Shown one piece after another: positions 13,175-25,565 of a stretch of DNA of 59,530 bases (the stretch's first letter is position 1; the number at the start of each line of letters is the position of its first letter). Source of the DNA: Octopus bimaculoides (lineage: Eukaryota); the NCBI RefSeq assembly GCF_001194135.2, contig NC_068995.1, positions 34,998,404 through 35,057,933 of the forward strand, read 5' to 3'. Below the pieces are notes generated by a model. It searched no databases, was not told where the DNA came from, and saw only the letters and a list, made by a program, of their open reading frames with translations. Made by a program: the position numbers and the translations under genes.

Positions 13175-14323
13175 TACTGCCTGAATGAATATTGAATATT
13201 GTTTGAAACTATTAAGAAAACTCTCAACTTTATGTTCTATTTGAAATGCCTTACGAGCATCACATGTAAAAACGATTTGTATTTTGTATTTCATTTCAGA
13301 CGTATGGAAATACTAAAACGTCATAAACTTCATAAAAGCGACGTCGCTTTAATATCTTAATTTGTGAAATTACGTTATATAAATATCAACTGATGGGATT
13401 TTAAATGATCGTGAAAATTAACTTGGTAGCATTTCAACGTATATTCGGCTAACAGGGTACTCAAGAAGAATATACAGATATTCGCAAACTATCAACCGCT
13501 CAATATAGTAGGCAGTCCAATGTTACCTGTTGTATAATGAGAGTAAACAGCATGTAAATCCATTTATGTAAGAAGAAAACCCGCCACGTTTTGTGAGGTC
13601 TATAATAAAATAAACAAGCATGAATGGAGAGCTCAGTATATGCTACACATGTTTACATGGTTTAGCCATTTATTATTACAGTAGTTATATATAGTCACAG
13701 ACTGGTGATCCGATACAGGTGGTTGATGTTGATAAGCCACAAAAATGGTGAAATATTGGTATCCTTCATTCCTGAATTCGATAGGAGGCGAATTGCCTCG
13801 CCTGTCTTTGACTCTAAGCGTTATGAGACAGTCATCCCCAACACGTTATACCGTAGCGAACTGGTGAAAAAAAGCACATAAACTGAGTATGTGTTGTTGA
13901 TAATTTCTATAACTCTAGTACTGCTTTTAATTCGTTACTGAATTGCATTATGTATATACTGACATATGTGTGATGTGTAATGTTAAAAACGTAAAATTCA
14001 AGAAATATTCTGCGAGACACCACCAGCACCAGGAGAAATTGAACAAAATGTTTGAGCAACTGAAAGTCACAACAGGTATATTGCTACCATTGCATACTCA
14101 GAATCGAGTAACCTGTGCTTGGCAGAAACACAATGCGTCATAATATGCAATAATATCAAGCACTCTGGAACCTGGCAGAAACCTCTGATATCTAATTGTA
14201 TATCAACCATTTCTTCAATTATAAATGTATTTATCGAATTTTGAATTATTATTCTTATTATTACTATTATTATACTGATTTACACAGACACACACATATT
14301 CCTTTTTCCTTTTATTTGTTGTT

Positions 14324-14542
14324 GAGCACCGCCTTTAGTCGAACAAATCGACTCCAGGACTTAAGAATACTTGTAACGATAATACAAAACTGGCTGTGTG
14401 GTAAGAAGCTTGCTTCCCATTCCCTGTGTCTGTGTTTGTTCCCCCGGCATCGCTTGACAACTGATGTTTGCGTTTATGTCTCTGTAACAACCTCCAGTAT
14501 GATCGCTGTCAAATGACTGGAACAAATAAAAGAATAAAAGAA

Positions 14543-14543
<1 letters not shown>
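14324..14543. mobile_element. Rearranged SINE family C (inverted piece plus doubly deleted sense copy)
   Basis: 14324-14375 is antisense and 14391-14543 is sense relative to the family C structure seen at 57063-57465. Confidence 0.8.
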
Positions 14544-14629
<86 letters not shown>

Positions 14630-14640
14630 TTATCTATCTA
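14543..14640. repeat. (TATC)n microsatellite
   Basis: Direct reading; lies at the SINE tail. Confidence 0.97.
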
Positions 14641-14887
14641 TATATCATGTAATTTCATGATAGTTTGTATGTGTATAAAGTTGTTGGGTTAAAAATAAAA
14701 CAGCTATAGGACAGTTATAGATTTAACATTGAATATATATATAAAGTAGTAGTATTATGCATGAATAGACACATTACGATGTGTAGAACTATGTAGGGTT
14801 GTACGAAAAAGTATCAAAAATTTACCATATAACTTTCAATTCCCTTTTAATTACAAACTCATAATTTGAAATGAACAAATATAAATA

Positions 14888-15124
14888 TTGGTTTGGTGCA
14901 TAACTATTGCAGCTTTTTTCTACAAATTTTATTCAACGAAAACAATAATAATATTTAACAAAGACATCTTTAAATGACGGTCTGACCGTCTGCCAAGCAA
15001 TGGGAAGCAGTAATTGAAGTAGATGGTAAATATACTCCGGAATAATCATTTGTTACATGTTGTTATTATTTTTGTTGAATAAAATTTGTTGAAAAATAGC
15101 CGCAATAATTATGCACCAACCGAA
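14888..15124 (+). mobile_element. Mariner-derived MITE (MADE1-like)
   Basis: About 50-bp TIRs (14888-14937 and 15074-15124) starting TTGGTTTGGTGCATAACTATTGC, similar to the Hsmar1 TIR. TA on the left flank. The interior encodes the mariner C-terminus RLPS-WEAVIEVDGKYTPE*. Confidence 0.85.
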
Positions 15125-15730
15125 CAGTAAAAGAGTATTAATATATGAGCGTGATTGTAGGCTTCATATAGTAGAGTAGCATAAATGGATATACACTTAT
15201 GAAAATGAAATGTTTGAATATATATCTGGATAAATATATGTATTTATATACACGTACATCTACTTTAATGTTGAATAAATATATATATGTATGTATATGT
15301 ATGTACATGTATGTGTGTTTACAAGTAAACTTGTTAGATTAATAACGTCTATGACTTGAAAAGCAACAGGGTTAAAAATTCTGGTAGTGGTAAGATATGT
15401 CTAAAATCATAACTGTAAGATGACGCTCTTTGATATCCTGCCATGTTAAAAGAGTTAACATATGACCTGATTTTCTTTGAAGTGGAACGGTAACAGACAA
15501 TGATAATGTTTATCCTTTTTATGACATTTTTATCTTTAAATGTTCTTTTTTATTATCTTAAAATTTCAGAAAAATCTGAGGTTAAAGATCGAATGAATAT
15601 ATTGTTTACTCCTTTAATTTTGTATTTTTCTTAATTTACTTTTGCTGTATTTTCTCTCTTGTGTCTCTTTGTATTTCCTTGTTCCTCTTTGTCTGAGGAA
15701 ATAATGACAATAGTATTTCGGTACGGCTAT

Positions 15731-16008
15731 TGTTGTTGGCAAGTGGCTGAGCACTCCACAGACACGTGTACCCTTAACGTAGTTCTCGGGGATATTCAGC
15801 GTGACACAGTGTGACAAGGCTAACCCTATGAATTACAGGCACAACAGAAACAGGAAGTAAGAGTGAGAGAAAGTTGTAGTGGAAGAGTACAGCAGGGTTC
15901 GCCACCATCCCCTGCCAGAGCCTCGTGGAGCTTTTAGGTGTTTTCGCTCTATAAACACGCACTATGACCGCGAGTCCGCTGCTCTAACGACTGGGCCATT
16001 GCGCCTCC
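15731..16008 (-). mobile_element. tRNA-derived SINE, family A-prime (B-box region deleted, 3' truncated)
   Basis: Head GGAGGCGCAATGGCCCAGTCGTTAGAGCAGCGGACTCGCGG on the minus strand; body closely similar to 27694-27925. Confidence 0.9.
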
Positions 16009-16410
16009 ATGGTACAGCTATCAATGCGAGACAATAAACATAATATAGCAGTGATTTGATTCTGGTCCTCAGAGGATGCGTATGAATACAGCTATTGTTG
16101 AATCCTACTAATACAGTATTATGTATGATACACGTAATATTCAGCAATTAACAGGTGATAATGATTTGTTGAAACAATTGTAGTGATTTGTTGTAAAACC
16201 TGTTCAGTCCAGTTTCTCGGATTAACTTTTGTTTATACTCAACGGATATTTGCGGGTTTCTACATGTATATCCAGTAAAAGAATTCCTACCTATAGTAAC
16301 AGTTGGTAGCTAATACCCAGAGAAGAGTTTTGGAAAATACACTATAAATTTATTATCCAGATCATAATAAAATATATGTATCTTTTAATATAATCTGGGT
16401 AATAATATAA

Positions 16411-16413
<3 letters not shown>

Positions 16414-16457
<44 letters not shown>
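16414..16457. repeat. (AT)n microsatellite
   Basis: Direct reading. Confidence 0.97.
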
Positions 16458-16461
<4 letters not shown>

Positions 16462-16598
16462 ATGAACAATATATGGATTTAACCAATCTAGGGGTAATCA
16501 TAAAAGACTCCTTTAATGGATTACACTACAAACCACATAGTAAACCAAAAGAGACAAAGAGATGTATAGTCCGATGAAGTTGAAATACAATAAATCTA

Positions 16599-16820
16599 CA
16601 GTAACCCCTTGCCATATCGCGGTTTACCTATCGCTGTTCATTTATCGCGGTTTATTATTTAGGCTTACGTCGATTCCTCCGTGGTATTGTTTTGCATTTA
16701 TTATAAAATAGATATATACAAATTATGAAAATACAGTACAGAACTGTTTCTACTTCGCGGATTTTCACCTATCACGTGGTTCTTTGGAACGTAACACCCG
16801 CGATAGTCGGTAATGATTAT
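16599..16820. mobile_element. Tigger/pogo-type MITE
   Basis: Left end TA|CAGTAACCCCTTGCCATATCGCGG with repeated TATCGCGG motifs. Right part CTACTTCGCGGATTTTCACCTATC...CCGCGATA is partly complementary to the left end. Confidence 0.65.
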
Positions 16821-18509
16821 TTCATTAGGAGTACATAAAATATAAAATATATCCCCTCTCTGTCTTTTTTTATATATGCGCGCGCGTGTGGGTGTGTGTA
16901 TGAGAGAGAGAGAGAGAGAGAGTGTGTGTGTGTTTGCCTCTTGTGGTCTTATGTATCAATTTAAACACACGTAGTGAAGCGATAGTATTCTAAGGTGTTA
17001 CCACAAGACGACACTTAATAATGAATAAGAAAATAACGATTGAATGATTTCGACCCAACCATAAATTCAAACGATATTATTGTTGCGGCACATACGCAAA
17101 CAGCAAAGTTTCATCTGTTGTAAATGTAAGTTTAATTAGTTGTTGGCATTTACGTTAATATGTAAGTTGTAGAGCACTTGGCCGCGTTCTGTGTAATCAT
17201 TTCTGTCTAAGCATTTCAATCATATCATAACACAAACTGTAAATATTAGAAAACAAGTGTAGTTTTCTTTGAATGTTCACTTTGACATTTATAGTGAATA
17301 AATGGCTTCACCCGTTTGTAACATAAATTCGATACAAATCTGTCATCAAAGGCATTTGTTTGATAAATCACAAATTCTGGAAGGCCAGAAGTACTGATCA
17401 TAGTTTTAAAGTTGATCAGAGGCTAATTTACTTTTAATAAATTTCCCTTACAGCGAAATTGGATTGAGGGATGTAAGTTATGACTTTAAATTATTTGGTT
17501 ATTAATATGGTTACATGCTTTATGCCGGAGAGTTTATAGTTCAGGAAACTACATTAACATCACACACACACACACACAAAAAAAAACAAAAAAACAATAT
17601 GGTTATGATGCTGAACGTTTCTGCTGGGTTCCACGTTGCTCTATATTTGATGTACATTCATGAATTATCTGAATAAGCTTTACAGCAACAAGGCATTTAA
17701 TCTCTACTCCAATATGTGTATATGATAGATATTCAGATGGAGGCTTGAAATATTAATTCAGCAACAATATCACGCTTATAATCTGAAGTAATTCATGTAT
17801 AATTTTATGACCATTTTTAATTGCATTATATTACTACCAGAATGAGAGCCTATTGTGCATTCCATGTCACTTCTAAATCTTTACATCTTTCTCTGTTATT
17901 AATTAGCGTTATATTCATGTATAATTTCAGGAATAATGACAGTGAAAACTGCTTACAACATTTAGTTACGTCTCTTTACGCTCAAACTTCGAATAATGTC
18001 AAGACTGACACTCCAGATCGATAAAATACCAAGCTGTTATGTACTGGATTAGTTAAAAATACTGTACTCTCTCACAAAAGTTACCCTTCTTGTTGCTGTT
18101 GTTATGGTTGCAATAATATCAGAGTACTGCAACTTGTATCTCCGTAAGCCTTGTTCAGTAATATATGTTCTTATAACTGTATCACTAATATCGTGTGGAT
18201 TGCGGTGGTAATATTTTACTCGGTTCACCCTCGGAACGAGGGCGTATACGTTGGTACTTATTTTGAGTTATCTAGAAAAACAGAGATTTTGAAATTTTTC
18301 AAACTTTCTTAAGAGAGGACAATAATGAAAAAAACGGATATGAGAGAGTGTTCAAAACGCTGTACATTCCAAGGAAACATGGCAACGAACCATAATGCCA
18401 ATGTCGCCAGTGAGAACTGGGACAAATTTAGCTGATCAAAGAAACGGATTCTTTTTAATGAAAGCAGTGACAACGGCAACACACTACCATGCCTGCATTA
18501 GCTTCAGCA

Positions 18510-18735
18510 AAATTAGCAACAGTGACAAAAATAGCAACAACATAAGCATTAACAACAGCAACAAGGAAAGCAACAAGAACGAGGACAACAACAACAAGAA
18601 CAAGACCGAAACGAATAACAGCGACAACACCAAGAAAAAAGTCATGAACTAGGAGATCAATTACACGAATAAAAACTAAAACAACTGTCTGCAAAAGAAG
18701 AATAACCTCAGCAACATTAACAATAACAAAGATAA
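18510..18735. repeat. Degenerate (AAC/AGC)n trinucleotide low-complexity tract
   Basis: Direct reading. Confidence 0.85.
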
Positions 18736-18993
18736 ATGTTTATAACAAACATCTTTTTTGAGGGCATTTAGCCGGTGAGGGAAGTGGGGCTGCGCATTTG
18801 CAAGACGGTTTGTAAGGTAAGGCCCTGCAGTATAAACAAAATACTGTCAAGCCAGGTGTAGTATCTCTTAAGGGGGAAGAAAACAAGCTCCGAAGAACGA
18901 AAGGTTATATATAAACGCATCTGTCGAAAAGACAGAAGACTTAAATTTCCTCTTGCAGCAGAAAACATCCTTGAAGATGTGTAGCTCTCAGTT

Positions 18994-19106
<113 letters not shown>

Positions 19107-19339
19107 AGAAGACTACGGGACAGGAGCCGCTATATGTATCAGGAAGCAGGAAGTTCGAAATATGGCTACAATAACTTGCACCTCACAGAACCATATTACA
19201 CTCCTCAAGTGTTAATGCTGATGCCAGTCCATAACCTCTTTAAACAGTTTTTGACTTGGATGTGTAACTCATTAAAACGAATCTCAGATTTTAATAGGTT
19301 TGTAACCAGTATAGCTTAGCTGGCAGTAGTTTCCATCAA

Positions 19340-19930
19340 TTCTGAATACACAGAATTTGAGGGTTTTTCACTTTCTTCCATTGAAAAGCTTTTCTGCTTT
19401 GATAAGGTTCTTTTGCCATTCTTCCACGGAATATTGCTCTTGTAACCTTGTTACCCATGCGAAAGAGACCTGGAGGACGTTTATGTTGTTGTTCCTGTTG
19501 TTCTTTCAGTTGCTGGTTCTGATGTTCATATCATATTGGTGGTTGTGGGTGATGGTTTTTCTAGGGGTCGAAGCGAATGTGCTAGTAGCGATGTCTCTGG
19601 TGGTGCATGAAGTGGCAAAGCTGGAGGTTTCGATGGTGTTTATGACTTTGAACTGGGTGCTTGATAAACGTGAAACTTCGTTACTACTGCAACCTTTGCT
19701 GTGTTTATTATTCTTTCCGTTCCGAATATTACCGTAGTTGATACTGCTGTACTTGTTACTGAGGTTGGTGTTGATCTTATCTTTTACTTTGCTAACAGCC
19801 GAAATAGATTCAACAGTAAGGCTTCGAGGCTTCGAACTCTCACTCTCCTTCATAACATCACCGTAGGTTTTATTAAATTCTCTCATTCTCCCTCTGATGT
19901 ATTGTCTCAACAGCGACTGACTCCATCAAC
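19340..19930 (-). other. Ser/Thr/Asn-rich open frame of unknown origin (candidate exon or decayed ORF)
   Basis: 134-aa ORF 19910-19506, GC-richer than its flanks. No recognisable domain. Confidence 0.25.
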
Positions 19931-20051
19931 AAGCGTCAAAGGAAATTACAAATCTTCCTCTTGAAGCAAAATTAATATCGGCAAATCACCCAAGGAATGA
20001 GGTTGGGGAGATTAAATAAAAGGGAACTCACTAGCAGATAACAGATTATTC

Positions 20052-20602
20052 TTCCCCACCATTTTACAAAAACTGAAATCATAAAAATAGTGAATAATAA
20101 GACTGTGAATAATAAAAAATAGCAATAAAATTTTATTAATTGTTGTGATAGTTGATTTATGTCGGTTGTTCAAGTTATTGCTATAGCTATTTAGACTATT
20201 AGAATGTTATATTTTGTTATCATTCGTTAGACTGTTGTGCATCACAATTCAGTTATTAATTATTTCGTCATGTGTGTTTCGTGAGATATAAAAAAAGATA
20301 TAACATAACTCCGGCTTGAAATGCAATTGACAAATGTAGTGTGGAGAGTGCCTGTGGAAGACGATGTAGATGTTTGTCATGTATATTACACTTATTTAGC
20401 AACATTTGTAGTTAAACAAATCCAACATAGGAGCAGGCATTGCTGTGTGGTTAAGATGTTCGCTTTCCAACCATGTGGCCTCGGGTTCAGTCCTACTGCG
20501 TGGTACCTTCCCCACCATTTTACAAAAACTGAAATCATAAAAATAGTGAATAGTAAAACTGTGAATTATAAAAAATAGCAATACAATTTTATTAATTGTT
20601 GT
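20052..20602 (+). repeat. Local direct duplication of about 95 bp (20052-20146 and 20508-20602)
   Basis: CCCACCATTTTACAAAAACTGAAATCATAAAAATAGTGAATA...TTTTATTAATTGTTGTG occurs twice with a handful of substitutions. Confidence 0.9.
20429..20508 (+). mobile_element. SINE family C, head-only fragment
   Basis: GCAGGCATTGCTGTGTGGTTAAGATGTTCGCTTTCCAACCATGTGGCCTCGGGTTCAGTCCTACTGCGTGGTACCTT; A- and B-box-like motifs present. Confidence 0.85.
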
Positions 20603-20737
20603 GGTAGTGGTGGGGGTTGTTATAGATGCTAATATGACCATTATGATCGAATAATCATTGTTAATTTCTAACTGGAAATGATACTTTTAGGGCATAACGT
20701 ATTCAGTAATACTCGAAGTGTATTATTTAAAATTAAG

Positions 20738-21145
20738 ACCCTCGCTTTGCAGTTCCCAGGTTTCAAGTTCAGTCCCACTGCGTGGAACCTTGGGCGAGTG
20801 CCTTTAATTACAGCAGCGTGCTGACCAACACGTTGTGAGTGAATTTGGAATAAATAAATTTTTATAAAGTTTGTCGTATACATCTAGGTTCGTATCTGTA
20901 TGTATATATATATATATATATATACACGTATGTGCGTGTGTATTTGTGTTTTCCCCTCCCATCACTTGGCAGCCGGTATTGGTTTGTTTACCCTGTAATG
21001 AGTGCAGCAGTTCGGTAAAAGTACTGATAGAATGAATAGCAGACTTTAAAAATTTGGTAGCGGCGATTTGTTTGACTGAAATGTACTAGGAGATACCACA
21101 ACATCGCACCGGTGCAATGACTGAAACAAGTAAAAGCTGAAAGAT
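20738..21145 (+). mobile_element. SINE family C, diverged near-full copy with internal (AT)n
   Basis: GTTCAGTCCCACTGCGTGGAACCTTGGGCGAGTG...TTGTGAGTGAATTTGG...(AT)n...AATGACTGAAACAAGTAAAAG; collinear with the reverse complement of 57063-57465. Confidence 0.8.
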
Positions 21146-21285
21146 TTATTGTCCCTTTCGGAAGTGATCCCTTCAGTCTTAACGTGTGAGGGATAATTGT
21201 TTTATCGATCTCGGTGGGATTAATTTGAGAATGGGGGAAAAACATTTCTGTGAATCAACCAAAATGAAATCATTCTTTTCTACCT

Positions 21286-21488
21286 CTGGCAAAAGGCACA
21301 AAATTTGGACGGAAGTGGCTAGTCGATTACATTGACCCCCCAGTGGTCGATTGGTACTTATTTTACCGACCTCGAAACGATGAAAGGCAAAGTCTACCTC
21401 GGTGAGTTTTGCACCTAGAATGGAAGGACAGTAATTCCGTTAAGTATTTTGTCTGGCGTGGTAACCATTCTCCCAGCTCACCGCCTTT
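21286..21488 (-). mobile_element. SINE family B
   Basis: Contains GGTACTTATTTTACCGACCTCGAAACGATGAAAGGCAAAGTC; head ends CCAGCTCACCGCCTT. Confidence 0.85.
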
Positions 21489-21547
21489 CCTAAATGAAAT
21501 AGAAGATACTTCTATAAACGTAAACAATTCTATCTCTATATAATATC

Positions 21548-21701
21548 GGTTTCAAATTTTAACACAAGGCTAGCAATTTCGGGAAAGGGAGTAAGTCAAA
21601 TACAGTTGCTCGGCTGAATTTACACAAAGAAAATAAAGATAGACGAAATGCCGCACATCATTTGCCTCGGCGTGTTAACGTTTCTGCGAGCTCGTCACCT
21701 T
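21548..21701 (-). mobile_element. SINE family B, internally deleted
   Basis: Tail ACACAAGGCTAGCAATTTCGGG and head CGGCGTGTTAACGTTTCTGCGAGCTCGTCACCTT are kept; the central domain is missing. Confidence 0.7.
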
Positions 21702-21720
21702 GTATTTGTATGTCAATATT

Positions 21721-21918
21721 GATTTCAAATTCTGGCGCAAGATCAGCTAGTTCGGGGGAAGAGTTAAACCGATAACATCGTCACCAGTGTTTGACTGGTA
21801 CTTATTTTATCGACCCGGAAAAGATGAAAGGCAAAGTCGACTTCGGAACTTAAAGACAGACGAAATGTTGTTAAGCATTTTGCCACACGTCCTAACAATT
21901 CTGCCAACTTGCCACTTT
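21721..21918 (-). mobile_element. SINE family B
   Basis: GACTGGTACTTATTTTATCGACCCGGAAAAGATGAAAGGCAAAGTCGAC central domain. Confidence 0.85.
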
Positions 21919-22569
21919 ATGTATATAAATATTGACCACAGTTTCTTAATTTTCTAAAGTCAATATCCTAAATATATTCAGCACAAACCAATGTTCTGTT
22001 TTATCTCTACTCAGTTTTCTCCACAACAATAATGCCGTTCGTAAACTAATAGCAGATACTAATGCAGTTGCTACTATAGTATATTTCTCCACGATTTCCT
22101 ATAAACAGACGTTAGTCAGACGCAACCTGATACCATTCGCCTGATCTTCACCACTTTCATGAAAGACCCTTTGTACGCATTCTCTTAAATATGATCTACA
22201 TTTATCTAACAATACCCCAGTCACAAGTATTACATATATGAAATAAACGACATTGAACTTCTTCACATTCCCCTGTCATAAACAAACACAACTATATCTA
22301 TTCTAACAAATAGAAGACTGGGTCATTTATTGACTCTGTTAATCCATTCTTACTTAAAATTTCTATATGTCTCGCTGCTCTCATAATAAAACTAAGGCTG
22401 AAGACACATTTCAGGCAAATCTGTCAACAGAAGATATACATAATACAGTGCAAGCGTTTTCTTGTAATAAGATAAATAAATAAAATGATATCAAATAAGT
22501 AAAAGTATTAAACACTTTTTTCACGCATTTTAAAACAATAATAATTGACTTACAAGATTGAATATATTG

Positions 22570-22767
22570 GTGTCAAATTTTGACTCAACGCCAGTAATTT
22601 TGGGACAGGAGGTAAGTCGATTATATTAACCTCAAGTCTCAACTGATATACGCTTTTCTCGGCCCTGAAAGGCAATGTCGTCTTCGGCGGAATTTGAACT
22701 CAAATCATATAGATTCTGCTAAACATTTTTCCTAGCATGCAAACGATTTTGCCAGTTAGCTGCCTTA
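22570..22767 (-). mobile_element. SINE family B, diverged
   Basis: GGTAAGTCGATTATATTAACC...GAAAGGCAATGTCG...GCGGAATTTGAACTC...GCCAGTTAGCTGCCTT. Confidence 0.75.
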
Positions 22768-24149
22768 GCTTGATTAAATATATTGAAGTTATAAATAATC
22801 AGTAACTCCTCGAATTTTTATTGTGGATGCATGAACGTTTATGGTAAAACAGCTTAAGGTCAAAATCTTATTCTTTGAAATGAAAACATACATGCCTATG
22901 AATAAATATACATACTTATGAATGCAACATAACTAAAGGATATATAATGTCTAAAAGTTATTCGACAAAACCAATCATTACTCGCACTAATATTAATGCT
23001 AAATGACATAAAGATCGAAATTTTACCGAGCTACTATATATATTGATCTATTCACATGCATGTCGACATTGGTGCAGTTTGAGTAGTTACATGTAAAAAT
23101 GCATTTAAGAAATCTAACCTCAGATAAGTTTGTGTTCAATAGCATATAGAAAGTGGAGGCTTCAAAATCTTATATCAAATAATTTCAACTAATTTCTTGT
23201 GAGGTGTTCTTAAACCTACATTTAAACAACACATCAAGTGATATATATATACATATATACACATGAAGGCATACACATATAAACACACTCGCATTGATAC
23301 ATGCATACACGCACCACATCCATGCAAACACACAAAAGCACACATATACACACTCACATGTATATATATATATATATATATNNNNNNNNNNTATATATAC
23401 AGTTAATAATTATGTTGACGTACTTGTCCAGAAATATAATAATGTGTATTTACAGGCTCTATTTTATGCATTTCAGACAACTTATAATATTAGATGAAAA
23501 TGGATACCCTGTTTCAATTTTCAATTGTAACTATGCGATTTAGTATAGTAAAATCTCAAGAAGGGCTAAGATCATCTAATTTCCTTTGGTAAGTATATTT
23601 TCATTTAATTAATTATCTAAAAGTAATTATGAATAAAGAGAATTTAGTATTGGTATATTCAGAACATTATTTCTAAACTGGCTAATATACTGTATCCAAC
23701 TGGTGATAGGGTATAATAACTTCAAAATAGCATTAAACCCTCCTTCATAGTTGACTGTGGGGTTGTGTAATAAATATGGCAGATGTGTACAAATGTGTCA
23801 CGTACCTTGTACACTTGACTAATTAATTTGCGACCATATGATGATCGATGTCTTTGTGCAATATCGCACACTAAACTTTAATAAGCTTCATAATATTTTT
23901 GTAGTATGAACGCTACTGCGAGCCCATTATAAAATTGGCCACAACTTAAAATGTAAGACTTCTAGCCGCCTTCCACAGGCACTCTCCACACTACATCTGT
24001 CAATTGCAGTTCAAGCCGGAGTTATGTTATATCTTTTATATATCTCACGAAACACACACGATGAAATAATTAATAACTGAATTGTGATGCACAACAGTCT
24101 AACGAATGATAACAAAATATAATATTCTAATAGTTTAAATAGTTATAGC

Positions 24150-25150
24150 AATGACTTGAACAGCCGACATAAATCAACAACTAAAACATACTATAATAAT
24201 AAAATTGAATACAAGAAGTCTAATACAATAGGAATCAAGATTAAAAATTCTCTCCGACCATAAACACTAATTAAAATCCAAACTATTAGTTAAGAAACTG
24301 TTCTAAAGATATGGCCTGGATGATAATCCCCCTCGCTAAGCAAGTTAAGTCAAAAATACCTAGAATGTTCTATGAAACACTAGATAAATCACAATCCGGT
24401 TCTGGAACTCTAGAAATTTAGCTCAAATTATAGCCGCCCACAACAGCAAACAAATGGAAAATCACTTGACAATAACATTAATAAGTTAAAGAATGAAAAC
24501 CAAATTAAAGATAATAATAATAATAATACCAATTTTTAAAACAAAAGTAAGATGATTAATCTACATTCTATTAAAACTACCGTTGAGAAGATAAAGATCA
24601 AAGGGAAACTACTCATTTAATAATTCCATAGCTCCTATAACTAAGACACAGGCACTTAAGGTTACTAGAAAGAGTAGCGACTATTATGAAAAGAGCAACA
24701 ATTAAGATAATCAGCAAAAGTATAAAACACAACATTATAAAATCTAATAATAAAGGCGTAGATAGCTAATACATTGAAAATGTGATTGCTCTAGGAGACT
24801 GCAATGCAAATCTTGAAATAACTGTGAGGTAAGAAATACCGTCTATAGACGTGTAATCACCACAGATAAAAACAAATATTACAATATTGCGGTTAGCACA
24901 TCATTTATAGAACAAAGAATAACAAATCATGTAAGTTCATTTAGAAATAATGCTGAAAATTTACAAGCCTTAACAAGTTTATATAGTCGCTCAATGAAGA
25001 AAATATTAAATATTCATTAAAATAGGAAATTATTAGTACAGCGAAACTTCATAAAATACGGGATGAAAATGCAATTTATACCTGGAATAATTATACCAAA
25101 TATTTACTTCCAAAAATAAATTAGTTAAAACTAGACGAGAAAGAAGCATA
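24150..25150 (+). mobile_element. Penelope-like element, decayed C-terminal region with GIY-YIG endonuclease
   Basis: About 24830-25145 reads NTVYRRVITTDKNKYYNIAVSTSFIEQRITNHVSSFRN...KCNLYLE*LYQIFTSKNKLVKTRRE. This fits the PLE endonuclease pattern VY...YIG...F..R..NH.SSF...C.LC..EK..I...LLN.R.E. The upstream boundary is approximate. Confidence 0.65.
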
Positions 25151-25565
25151 AAGACGAATATAAAGAATATTAGAATATAATTTAATTTATAAGATTATGA
25201 TATAACCTAAAACACTTTAAAGCAATAATAATAAATTAGAAGAATTCAAAATACAGCTGACTACTTCTAATAACTACGTTGTTCTTACTGCCTAGTAACT
25301 ATGCATTACTACTATTGATAACCTTCAAAAAATTCAAATAATATAATCAAGTTTGGAATCTATCAAAAAGCCATGTGACTATAAAAGTATGTAGAATCAA
25401 TAAAAAAAAACAGTATTCTATAGATAACCACTCCCCAATTAGCCAAGAAAATCTGCCAGCTTCAACAATAACTGCTGCTGCCGAATTTTAACCAAACGAT
25501 CAGTTGAGAAAAGCAGCTCATCGAAGAATATCATGGTTTACTAATACTACCAAACTTAATTCAAA

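Noticed and set aside
13335-13350. Perfect 16-bp palindrome AAAGCGACGTCGCTTT
   Set aside because: Roughly one palindrome of this length is expected by chance in 55 kb.
18395-18694. Asn-rich ORF and its antisense Val-rich ORF
   Set aside because: Explained by a degenerate (AAC)n repeat.
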